DNA of 44,426 bases, from NCBI GenBank assembly GCA_963596955.1, contig CAVBPI010000001.1, positions 1 through 44,426 on the forward strand, written 5' to 3'. Shown piece by piece: positions 28,043-35,923 of the stretch. The position numbers and the translations under genes were made by a program. Below the pieces are notes generated by a model. It worked only from the letters and a program-made list of their open reading frames with translations. It was not told the origin of the DNA and did not search any database. The stretch's first letter is position 1. Every line of letters starts with the position of its first letter. This stretch comes from a bacterium. Its GTDB lineage: Bacteria > Bacteroidota > Bacteroidia > Bacteroidales > UBA932.

Positions 28043-28496
28043 GAGAAAGGTTTATGGATATATGATTGCAGTTGTCGCCGCGCTCATGGCCGCATCGTGC
28101 AGCCCGCGCATCGTGACGGTCGCCGTCCACGACACGACGACCGTCACCCGCATCGAAACCGTCCGCGACACCATTATTTCCGCTCCTCTTCCGGTCGAGT
28201 CCATCATCATCTCCACACCCGACACGACATCCACCGTCGAGACCTCCCTTGCCAAATCCACGGCCACCGTCACCGCCGGTCATCTCCGCCACACCATCGA
28301 GAACAAGCGCACCGCTCTCTCAGTGCCCGCAAAGATTCCCGAAAGGCAGGAAATCATCCAAGCCACCAAGGAAATCCCAGTCCCCGTCGAAATCCCCAAA
28401 CCCTACATCCCGAAATGGACCTGGTACGTCCTCGCCTGGGCAATCCTCGTCAGCCTCCTCCTCGCCGCCTCCGTCTGGCTGCGGTTCAGAGTGTAA
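28041..28496 (+). CDS. Lipoprotein with C-terminal TM; putative unimolecular spanin
   Basis: Lipobox LMAAS-C, beta-rich Thr/Val body, C-terminal WYVLAWAILVSLLLAASVW; last gene of the lysis cassette. Confidence 0.6.
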   Translation: MRKVYGYMIAVVAALMAASCSPRIVTVAVHDTTTVTRIETVRDTIISAPLPVESIIISTPDTTSTVETSLAKSTATVTAGHLRHTIENKRTALSVPAKIPERQEIIQATKEIPVPVEIPKPYIPKWTWYVLAWAILVSLLLAASVWLRFRV

Positions 28497-28615
28497 TGTT
28501 TTAATGATTAGTTCCGCCTCGGAGAAATCCGGGGCATTTTTTGTAAGTAAGTGTGTCGGAATGTTGTTTGTCGGATAGAAATTTTGCTATCTTGCAGTAC
28601 TTAAACGGAACATAT

Positions 28616-29023
28616 ATGCGAAAGGTGAAAACAATAATCGAAAGGGCTTCAGATGGATGCTTTGGCATTTATATGGCAGATGCTGAAGATATGTCCTACC
28701 TGATAACCGCTTCGGGCAGGACTTTGAAGATTGCAATGAAAGACTTTCTGGACGGCTACGAGGGCATGAAAGGACACTATGCCGAAGTTGGGAAAGAGTT
28801 TGAGGAGGTTGAATTTGATTTCGTGTTTGAACTGCCTGCATTCCTTCAGCATTACTCTCAGTTCCTGTCTTTGGCCGGTCTTGAACGGATTACGGGCGTG
28901 AACCAGAAGCAGCTCGGTAACTACATCAGCGGTTACAGGCACGCCTCGCAGAAAACTGTCAAGAAGATTGAGGATGCCGTTCACAAATTCGGCCAAGAAT
29001 TGTTGGATGTCAAACTTGTATGA
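28616..29023 (+). CDS. HicB-like antitoxin with C-terminal HTH (no adjacent HicA)
   Basis: VKTIIERASDG...G.T...A..DF N-terminal fold; SLAGLERITGVNQKQLGNYISG HTH. Confidence 0.7.
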   Translation: MRKVKTIIERASDGCFGIYMADAEDMSYLITASGRTLKIAMKDFLDGYEGMKGHYAEVGKEFEEVEFDFVFELPAFLQHYSQFLSLAGLERITGVNQKQLGNYISGYRHASQKTVKKIEDAVHKFGQELLDVKLV

Positions 29024-29036
29024 TAAAATCGGTGAT

Positions 29037-29447
29037 ATGATTACGAAAGAACAGATGGATTCCTTGAAGAAAAGGTTTGTGAATGCACGCACGGAGGCTG
29101 AACGGCAGGCGGTTGATGACGAGATTCGTCGTCTTTGTGATGAGGATGCCAGTGCCGTTGCTGAAATCATGAAACAACAGCTTCAGGAAACTCACAAGGA
29201 AGTGGATGCAATTTTGCGGAAAGGGACAAAAATCAAGCAGGATAACATCGAGCTGTTGCTCGACATCAATGTCGGAAGCATTGCCCGCAAGTATTTCAAG
29301 AAATCCGGCTCGTGGCTTTACCATAAGTTCGACGGACGTGACGGCAACGGAAAGGAAACAGACTTTACTCCGGAAGAACTCCAGCAGCTGAAGGGCGCGT
29401 TTTATGACCTTGCTGACAGATTGCGCAAAGCCGCTGATAACCTATAA
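29037..29447 (+). CDS. DUF5053-family HTH protein, copy A
   Basis: IARKYFKKSGSWLYHKFDG.DGNG...FTPEEL. Confidence 0.8.
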   Translation: MITKEQMDSLKKRFVNARTEAERQAVDDEIRRLCDEDASAVAEIMKQQLQETHKEVDAILRKGTKIKQDNIELLLDINVGSIARKYFKKSGSWLYHKFDGRDGNGKETDFTPEELQQLKGAFYDLADRLRKAADNL

Positions 29448-29542
29448 ACCCACAGAACAATCAATTTCGTTGCTTGTTTTATTTAACACCGGTCACTTGT
29501 GGGTGTGGCGCGGACGGCATCCGGAAGGGTGCCGTCTTTTTT
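29447..29542 (+). ncRNA. Conserved 3' pseudoknot-like element plus terminator, copy A
   Basis: AACCCAC...CCGGTCAC-loop GTGGGT-GTGGC, then a terminator hairpin; repeated twice more. Confidence 0.55.
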
Positions 29543-29625
29543 GTGCAAAATTGAAAGATATTTGTCGGAAAATTTGCATATTACGATAAATCGTAGTATT
29601 TTGCATCGTATTAAACAAACATACT

Positions 29626-29895
29626 ATGAATATCGAGGAAAAAGTGGCGGCGTATGCTGAAATACTGAAAAATTCAAAGATGAGACAGGCAATCGACGAC
29701 ATCGACTTGTTCATCTCATGGGGCACACTTTCGCGTGAATATTTCGGGAAATCCGCGTCGTGGATGTATCACAAACTTGACGGCATTGACGGCAACGGAG
29801 GCAAAGGCGGTTTCACACCGGAAGAGCTGCAGCTGTTCAAAGGTTCCCTGTGCGACCTTGCAGACAGAATCAGAAGAGTGGCAGACAAACTATAA
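29626..29895 (+). CDS. DUF5053-family HTH protein, copy B
   Basis: ISWGTLSREYFGKSASWMYHKLDGIDGNGG.GGFTPEEL. Confidence 0.85.
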   Translation: MNIEEKVAAYAEILKNSKMRQAIDDIDLFISWGTLSREYFGKSASWMYHKLDGIDGNGGKGGFTPEELQLFKGSLCDLADRIRRVADKL

Positions 29896-29982
29896 CCCAC
29901 ACAACCATCGTATTGGTTTTTAATTGCGCCGGCCACTCGTGGGCTGTGGCCATGGACGGCATCCGAGAGGGTGCCGTCTTTT
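29894..29982 (+). ncRNA. Conserved 3' pseudoknot-like element plus terminator, copy B
   Basis: AACCCAC...GGCCAC-TCGTGGGCT-GTGGCC, then a terminator. Confidence 0.55.
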
Positions 29983-30123
29983 ATTTTTTATTTTTCTTGA
30001 AAGGCTTGCTTTTTTCAGAAATAGTTGTCACCTTTGCATCGTCCAGCACATACGAAGGCTTTCTATTTTGCGGCAACTCCTTTTTCTCGTAAACATAGAT
30101 TGCTAACATTTTATAGAGATTTT

Positions 30124-30215
30124 GCCCCTCTGTATGGTCGTCATTGGCGAAAGCCGTGACAGCATCTGCCGCAAGGCTTGTATGTGTTGGACAGACCTGC
30201 AACGGAGGGGCTTTT
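30124..30215 (+). ncRNA. C4/CI-like cloverleaf antisense RNA, copy 2
   Basis: Same scaffold as 13411; loop 30178-93 is complementary to 30041-55 and to the ATG region 30230-40. Confidence 0.7.
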
Positions 30216-30229
30216 ATTTTACATTAGCT

Positions 30230-30502
30230 ATGTCCAACACTAATGAACAGCAGCCACGGCTCGACACTGGCAATGAAATCAAGGCGGATGAACTCATACT
30301 TAATGCACGCCTTCAGCTCTACAAACTTTCAGAGGAACTCATCAAATGGCAGGTCGCCCTCTATGACCGGGACAGAAGCCTGCATGAGAAGCTTGGCAAG
30401 GACTTCAACCGCGCCACCCTCGGATTCTATGAACTCGATGAGGCGTTGTCCTCCATTCTTCACAAGGATCTCGAACACAAGATAATTTTCTGTCAAGACT
30501 GA
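30230..30502 (+). CDS. 90-aa helical protein, copy 2
   Basis: Near-identical to 13519..13791. Confidence 0.85.
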   Translation: MSNTNEQQPRLDTGNEIKADELILNARLQLYKLSEELIKWQVALYDRDRSLHEKLGKDFNRATLGFYELDEALSSILHKDLEHKIIFCQD

Positions 30503-30599
30503 ACTTTTTTTCAAAATATTGCAAAATAAGTATCTGATAATTTGCATAATATAAAATTTAATAGTATCTTTGTATTGTAATCAATAACAGTTAAGTTTT

Positions 30600-30734
30600 A
30601 TGTTTAAGTTAAATCAAAAAGAAATCGAGCTGATTGAAGCAATCAGAGATTTCAGAAATTCCAGACACAACTACTCAGAACAACTCGAACAGATTGCAAG
30701 AGTTCTCTTTGAAGAGATGATGGAAAGTTACTAA
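30600..30734 (+). CDS. 44-aa protein upstream of DUF5053 copy C (not in the ORF track)
   Basis: MFKLNQKEIELIEAIRDFRNSRHNYSEQLEQIARVLFEEMMESY; promoter TATCTTTG just upstream. Confidence 0.65.
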   Translation: MFKLNQKEIELIEAIRDFRNSRHNYSEQLEQIARVLFEEMMESY

Positions 30735-30779
30735 AAACACAACCTCCCCGAATGGGGAGGCTTAAAATACAATATCGTT

Positions 30780-31082
30780 ATGGAAGAGAATTTGACGGAG
30801 CGCGAGAAATTGGCATTAAAAAGGGCGCAGGAAAGAATCAGAGACACGGAAGTCAGAAGAAAAATCAATGACATTGAACTCGACATCGTTTGGGGAAAGA
30901 TTGCTAAAAGATACTTCTCGAAGTCAGTTTCGTGGCTTTACAACAAACTGAACGGCATTGATGGAAACGGCGGCGAAGGGGGCTTTACTCCGGAAGAACT
31001 CGAACAGCTGCGCGGTGCTCTTTATGACTTGTCTGCACGCATCCGAAAGGCAGCTGACAATCTCCAACCCACACAACAATAG
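30780..31082 (+). CDS. DUF5053-family HTH protein, copy C
   Basis: IVWGKIAKRYFSKSVSWLYNKLNGIDGNGGEGGFTPEEL. Confidence 0.85.
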   Translation: MEENLTEREKLALKRAQERIRDTEVRRKINDIELDIVWGKIAKRYFSKSVSWLYNKLNGIDGNGGEGGFTPEELEQLRGALYDLSARIRKAADNLQPTQQ

Positions 31083-31175
31083 GTTAAATTAAACATATCT
31101 TATTGTTTTTTGATTACACCGGCCACTCGTGGGTTGTGGTCACGGGCGACATCTCGTCAGAGGTGTCGCCTTTTT
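31066..31175 (+). ncRNA. Conserved 3' pseudoknot-like element plus terminator, copy C
   Basis: AACCCAC...GGCCAC-TCGTGGGTT-GTGGTC, then a terminator. Confidence 0.55.
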
Positions 31176-31197
31176 CGTTCCGTCAGGAAAATGGTGC

Positions 31198-32361
31198 CTA
31201 TTCCGCCACCTTGAGAATATCCACGCCCTTCAGCTCCGCCGTGGCCTTGGAGGAGCGCTGGCAATAAATCGAGGTCATCGCGAGGCTGCTGTGGTCGGCC
31301 TGCTGCTGGATGAACGAGACGGGGACTCCGGCGGCCGCGAGGTTCGTGATGCCTGTGTCCTTGAGGCTGTAGAATGCCACCTCCATCGGGAAGCCGCATT
31401 CCTCCCGGACGCATTTGTTCCAGAACGTCGCAATCCTGCGCTCAGGAACGGCCGTCTTTCCGGGGCTGAAGTCGAAGTGGCTGTGGTCGCCGAACAGGAA
31501 GAGCTTAGTGTCGCTCAGGTCGAGACGGCGGACGAAAGGCATCATCGAGTCCGGGATGGTTCTTGTGGATGTGTTGTCGTTCTTCGCGATTTCCCCGCGC
31601 ACGAGAACCGTCTGCGAGTCGAGGCGTATGTCCGAACACCTGAGCATGGCAATCTCCTTGGGGCGCATCAGGCAGCAGTAACAGAGCATGCAGAGCACGA
31701 GATATTCCGGATTTTCCCGCTCTAAATATTTCCAGAGCCTCGAAAGTTCCGCATCCGACAGAATCCTCCTCTTTTTCTTCATCAGCTTCTTCGACTTGCG
31801 GCGAATGGAAGTGAACGGATTTTCCGGGATGTACGCGCGCTCGACCATCCAGTCGAACAGGACGCGGCAGAAGAGGAGATAGTTGTTGTAGGTCCGCGGC
31901 GAAATCTTCGGGTTGCTCTCGATGGACTCCATGAAGTCGATGGCCATCGTTCCGGTGAATCCGCAGGCGTAGGTGTTCTCGTCGCAGCCGTGCGCCTGTA
32001 GCCACTCCTTTATGGTTCTGATGAACGAATTGTAACTCCTCAGTGAGTTGGCCTCAAGTTCGCGCCGTTTCGCGTCGAGGAAGGCGTCGAAAGCCTCGAA
32101 CAGCCGCTTGTATGCCTTCGGGGCGTACTTCTCCACGAGCGGGTTCCAGCCCATCGCCAGCTTTTCAGAGAGCCGTCCCATGATGGCCTTTGCCATGGCC
32201 TTGCGTTCCCGCGGCGTGTCGCCTCGGTTCACCTTGATTCTCATCCGCTTGAGCTTCATCGTTCCGGGGTCCTGGACATAATAGGTGATGTACCAGATTT
32301 TGCCCTGCGTCAGTTTAGGGGGCGTATATTCAATGTAGGGGGTCGGTTTGAAGAATGACAT
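31198..32361 (-). CDS. int: Tyrosine recombinase / integrase
   Basis: LMRPKEI (R), AKN (K), YSLKDTG (variant HxxR), QADHSSLAMTSIY (H, Y). Confidence 0.92.
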   Translation of the reverse strand: MSFFKPTPYIEYTPPKLTQGKIWYITYYVQDPGTMKLKRMRIKVNRGDTPRERKAMAKAIMGRLSEKLAMGWNPLVEKYAPKAYKRLFEAFDAFLDAKRRELEANSLRSYNSFIRTIKEWLQAHGCDENTYACGFTGTMAIDFMESIESNPKISPRTYNNYLLFCRVLFDWMVERAYIPENPFTSIRRKSKKLMKKKRRILSDAELSRLWKYLERENPEYLVLCMLCYCCLMRPKEIAMLRCSDIRLDSQTVLVRGEIAKNDNTSTRTIPDSMMPFVRRLDLSDTKLFLFGDHSHFDFSPGKTAVPERRIATFWNKCVREECGFPMEVAFYSLKDTGITNLAAAGVPVSFIQQQADHSSLAMTSIYCQRSSKATAELKGVDILKVAE

Positions 32362-32425
32362 TTTTTTTCTTTCGCACAGCTCCGACAGAACCCTGTAGAG
32401 GTTGTCGGACGACGGCGAAAGACTC

Positions 32426-32613
32426 TGTCCCGTGTTTGTCCCGTTTTTCTCTGAAAATTCGGTTAAAATTCTATCAATCAGAGAATTAGGGCGATTGGGC
32501 GGAGAGAAGGAGATTTTGCAGGGTCATCCGAATTGTGTAACTTACTCATAATCAATCACAAACTTTTGGTAATTATTGGCATTTTCGGCCATTTTTCGTT
32601 AATTTTGTCCCGT
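32426..32613. other. Putative attP: tRNA-Ser 3'-end-like core (32499-32515) flanked by TGTCCCGT arm repeats
   Basis: Minus strand reads AATCTCCTTCTCTCCGC; TGTCCCGT at 32426, 32437 and 32606; adjacent to int. Confidence 0.6.
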
Positions 32614-32724
32614 TACAGTTCCGGGACGGCGGAGAGTAACAATCTCTCCGCCAACTTTTTAAGGCATTTGTAACATCATTGTTTATGCTTAATTTTGCCA
32701 TAAATTCATAAAAATTGTTGCTTT

Positions 32725-33336
32725 ATGTGTCACGAAGAACCATACATTCCAATGTCTCCGCGGGGCGGAATGAAACAGCCGATCCGAAACTTTTTCTTCA
32801 CGAAATCATGTTTCTGGACGAAAGTCAATGAATCCGTGCTCGATATTGCCTATGACGAGGCTCGTCGAAAGCTTGAATCTCAGATGGCGGATTACAGGCA
32901 TATAACCAGAACGAGCAGTGTCTTTCTCGGTTGGATGGTCGGCGGCATCATATCTTTGTCGGCAGCTATAGTAGTGCTTTTCCCCAACGGTTGGAACCTG
33001 TCGCTGATAATGGCCGTTTATGCCCTTGCAATGCTCATAGTTCCTTCTGCAATCATCATCTTCGGTATCCAGTTCAACCAAAGGAATAGAGAACCTGGCG
33101 TAGAGCCAAGAATCGCACTCCGAGACGACGCTTGTTTCGACCTTCTTGATATTGATGAGGCTTGTCAGGCCAGGAACTACAAGGTGGCGTTGCTTATGGG
33201 CACACAGGAAGCCATAGATGACAACGAGTGGGAGAATGAACAACGCATTGCTTGTTATCATCTTGCTGTTTGGATATTCATTGCAGAAATCATCATCGGC
33301 ATACTAATCTTTTGTCTTTTGTCGGCGAAAGCTTAG
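32725..33336 (+). CDS. Membrane protein (about 3 TM), accessory
   Basis: Hydrophobic segments; lies between attP and the repressor. Confidence 0.7.
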   Translation: MCHEEPYIPMSPRGGMKQPIRNFFFTKSCFWTKVNESVLDIAYDEARRKLESQMADYRHITRTSSVFLGWMVGGIISLSAAIVVLFPNGWNLSLIMAVYALAMLIVPSAIIIFGIQFNQRNREPGVEPRIALRDDACFDLLDIDEACQARNYKVALLMGTQEAIDDNEWENEQRIACYHLAVWIFIAEIIIGILIFCLLSAKA

Positions 33337-33455
33337 TGCTTCCGTACCGGAGGATGCTCTGTCTGATGTGACCATCCCGGACCAATAGGTTCCGGTGTCG
33401 GGTACTCATTTTCATCTGATTTTGTCTTCATAACCTTTATAGTTTTTAGTTTCCA

Positions 33456-33923
33456 TTATCTTTTTGAGAGGATGTCCAGTAGTTGTTTTATCTGGGCGTC
33501 CTTCTCCTTTATCTGGGCGTCCTTCTCCTTTATCTGGGCGTCCTTCTCCTTTATGCGCTCGTCGAGGAGTTCGATTTGGGCTTTGAGGACATCCGGGGAG
33601 TCGGAGTAATAGTGACGGTTGTCGATGGGAGAATTGCTAATCTGATTCTGACCTTGAATGACAACTCCTGAAGTGTTGTCGCCGATTTTCTGATTACTTG
33701 TGCCTGCAATGCTGCCCTCCCCTGTAAGCAAATAGTTCATGCTGACATTTGGGAATTTTTCTTGAATTTTTGCTGCCATAGACTTTGATATTCCACATTT
33801 GCCGGCCTTGATGTCATAAAATATTTGTGGTCTATTCAAGTCCAGAGCCAATGATAATTGCCTGGCATTCATATCTAGAAATGTCAGTAATTCTTCAAGT
33901 CTTTGTTTATCAGTCTTTTCCAT
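33456..33923 (-). CDS. CI-like HTH repressor with C-terminal coiled coil and no S24 protease domain
   Basis: Xre HTH (ARQLSLALDL...IFYDIKAG), NVSMNYLLTGEG; divergent from the early genes. Confidence 0.8.
   Translation of the reverse strand: MEKTDKQRLEELLTFLDMNARQLSLALDLNRPQIFYDIKAGKCGISKSMAAKIQEKFPNVSMNYLLTGEGSIAGTSNQKIGDNTSGVVIQGQNQISNSPIDNRHYYSDSPDVLKAQIELLDERIKEKDAQIKEKDAQIKEKDAQIKQLLDILSKR
33487..33554. repeat. 3.2 x 21-bp perfect tandem repeat encoding KEKDAQI heptads
   Basis: TTTATCTGGGCGTCCTTCTCC x3. Confidence 0.95.
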
Positions 33924-33954
33924 AATTATTTGTTCATTTCGGTAAAAATATGTC

Positions 33955-33985
33955 GAATAATTCTTGTTTGATTAAAGAATTATTC
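33955..33985. promoter_or_regulatory. Candidate repressor operator (11-bp perfect inverted repeat) over the early promoter
   Basis: GAATAATTCTT-N9-AAGAATTATTC between the divergent genes. Confidence 0.5.
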
Positions 33986-34085
33986 TTTACTTTGCATCCG
34001 AAATGATAATAAATAAACAAACAAATAAATAAATATATAAATAAAGGTTGTAAAGGTAAGTAAAATTCTTAACACTCACAATATT

Positions 34086-34367
34086 ATGTTGATAGACCAA
34101 GACAACAGAGGACTGATGATTATCACGGACATCACTCGGAGTGACGCTCTCTTGCTCAAGAAGGCCGTGAAGCTGCTGCTTCCGGAGCTGGAGAAGGAGC
34201 GGGAAAAGGAAAGCCGCAACTGGGTTACTTCCAGAGCGCATTTTGACTTCCTGACCAAGCACAACATCGCCATAGACCGGTGCAATACACTTGTAAGGGC
34301 AGTGAACCTCTTTTTCCCGGCTGGCAACAAGAAGCCCGAAACGGTCGGCGAGGTCGATTGCGAATGA
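34086..34367 (+). CDS. Hypothetical early protein
   Basis: First ORF divergent from the repressor. Confidence 0.6.
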   Translation: MLIDQDNRGLMIITDITRSDALLLKKAVKLLLPELEKEREKESRNWVTSRAHFDFLTKHNIAIDRCNTLVRAVNLFFPAGNKKPETVGEVDCE

Positions 34368-34498
34368 CATTTTCGGGCGCCGACAGGGCGGGCTACCCTG
34401 AAATCGGCAATTGTGGGGCATAAATGCCCGCCCTGTCGGCGCTCTTTACTGAAGACATCTTATTAAAAACAACGGTAACATCTTAAAAACAAGTGATT

Positions 34499-34753
34499 AT
34501 GAAAATTGAAGACATCTTGAAATTTCTGAAAGAATGGGCGGACGAATGCGGCGGCGGTTTTGCCGTGGCGCTCGGGCAGATGGGAGAGGACGAAAGGGTG
34601 AGCGGAAATATGCTTGCCTATGGGGACGAAGAACTCCAGCTCTCGTGCCTTAACGTTCTGACAAAGGGAACGATGGGACGCTACAGGCGTCTCCTTCTGG
34701 ACAAATTCCCGTCCGAAAAAGATTACAGATACAACGTAGGCGTAAGGCCATAA
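34499..34753 (+). CDS. Hypothetical early protein
   Basis: A-rich initiation region; ATG at 34499. Confidence 0.6.
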   Translation: MKIEDILKFLKEWADECGGGFAVALGQMGEDERVSGNMLAYGDEELQLSCLNVLTKGTMGRYRRLLLDKFPSEKDYRYNVGVRP

Positions 34754-34872
34754 ATTCGTTGAAGATACCACACATACAACGACCCTGTGAGCCGCAGTGA
34801 TGCGCCGGTCAGGTTTTAAGAAGACATGACGCTCCGGAAAGACGGAGTGGCACCCCGGAAAGACGGGGAAAC

Positions 34873-35129
34873 GGGGATGCAGGCCGCACGGGCGGCAGAA
34901 GGTGCACAGTTCATCGAAATGTAGGCTTGAGTTAACAGCAATGGTGGTAGGATATAATGCGCGATTATTCCCCTAATGCGTTGAGCGTCGCGCAAAAAGC
35001 CCACGAACACCATAAGCCTCGCGGCTCAAGACTTCGCAAACGTGAAGAGGGCGAAAGCCCGATTGTCAAATCTGGTACGGTGAACCAGTCGGAATATCTG
35101 CACAGAGGGTTCGACTCCCTCCATCCCCA
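34873..35129 (+). ncRNA. ~257-nt structured RNA closed by a tRNA-like acceptor stem and T-arm (tmRNA-like architecture)
   Basis: GGGGATG/CATCCCC-A; GAGGG-TTCGACT-CCCTC; nested long-range helices and GNRA hairpins. Confidence 0.65.
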
Positions 35130-35150
35130 CAAATTTTAATTGTTCAAAAT

Positions 35151-35333
35151 ATGGCAAAGACGAACTATAGAGCAAGAATCACGGCGCTACAGCCGGGTGA
35201 GGCGGTCACGATACGCGGCTGCAAAATTTCAATCATCAGGGCGACCGCATCGAGCGTGTCAAGGGACCTCGACCGCATCTATTCCGTTTCGGCAGTCAAG
35301 GGGCAGCCGATTACAGTTTCACGAGTGAAGTAG
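35151..35333 (+). CDS. Small basic protein (possible DNA-binding/Xis-like)
   Basis: 60 aa, Arg/Lys-rich, LQPGE.V.I pattern. Confidence 0.6.
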   Translation: MAKTNYRARITALQPGEAVTIRGCKISIIRATASSVSRDLDRIYSVSAVKGQPITVSRVK

Positions 35334-35339
35334 GCGGCC

Positions 35340-35531
35340 ATGGGACTCAGATTCACAACTGTTGGGGCGCTGAAGCTCGCGACGATAGTATTTGCGGTTG
35401 CATTCATGGCGGCTCTCGTCTGCCTTATGTTCGAGAAATTTGTCGCAAGTGCCGCTTTGGCTCTTGTGGCGATGCTCGGATGTCTGGCGGCGGTACTGAT
35501 TATCAGAGATGAAGACAATAAAAAACTATAG
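35340..35531 (+). CDS. Small 2-TM membrane protein
   Basis: Two hydrophobic stretches. Confidence 0.6.
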   Translation: MGLRFTTVGALKLATIVFAVAFMAALVCLMFEKFVASAALALVAMLGCLAAVLIIRDEDNKKL

Positions 35532-35536
35532 AGATT

Positions 35537-35875
35537 ATGGAAAATTTTTCAATCAGACTCGATTTGCTGAAGTTTAAGGGCGCGAAGCTCGTCAATGCAA
35601 AGGGATGCAGGGGCGTGTTCATTCCAGTCGAGGAGAATCCTGCCATCTATGTCGGCAGCAAGGGCGTCTATCTCGGCCTTTCGGCCATCGAGCTTTCACA
35701 GGTCAGCCAGTTCGGCGACACGCACCTCGTGAAGGGACACATCGACAAGAAGAAGTTTGACGCGATGACTGAGGAGGAACGCCGCTCCTTTGCCATCCTC
35801 GGCAATATGCGTCCCTACAGGGCACCAGAAATGGCCGCCCAGGCAATGACTTTCGACGACGACCTTCCGGAATGA
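35537..35875 (+). CDS. Putative ssDNA-binding protein
   Basis: Beta-rich 112 aa with an SSB-like acidic tail (DDDLPE). Confidence 0.5.
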   Translation: MENFSIRLDLLKFKGAKLVNAKGCRGVFIPVEENPAIYVGSKGVYLGLSAIELSQVSQFGDTHLVKGHIDKKKFDAMTEEERRSFAILGNMRPYRAPEMAAQAMTFDDDLPE

Positions 35876-35923
35876 ATAAAGCCGCCCAAATCCGGACGGC
35901 TTGGTAACAAAAAGGAAAGGAGT

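Noticed and set aside
29400..31110. Antisense mini-ORFs overlapping DUF5053 3' ends (e.g. MVVWVIVCLPLF)
   Set aside because: Frame, length and sequence are not conserved across the three copies
31129..31725. 198-aa plus-strand ORF
   Set aside because: Antisense to the integrase and starts inside a terminator region
33333..33431. 32-aa Pro-rich minus-strand ORF downstream of the repressor
   Set aside because: Plausible start context, but too short and without motifs to support a call
34438..34452. boxA-like GCTCTTTAC
   Set aside because: It is the 3' arm of the 19-bp hairpin plus a short T run; no independent support
34873..35129. Canonical tmRNA, or a tRNA containing a group I intron
   Set aside because: No G3-U70 pair or visible tag ORF, and too short for tmRNA; only weak GACT/AGTC P7-like bits, no P9, and the D and variable regions are too short for a spliced tRNA
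34957..35139. 60-aa ORF inside the structured RNA
   Set aside because: Runs through the T-arm and acceptor stem; better explained as non-coding
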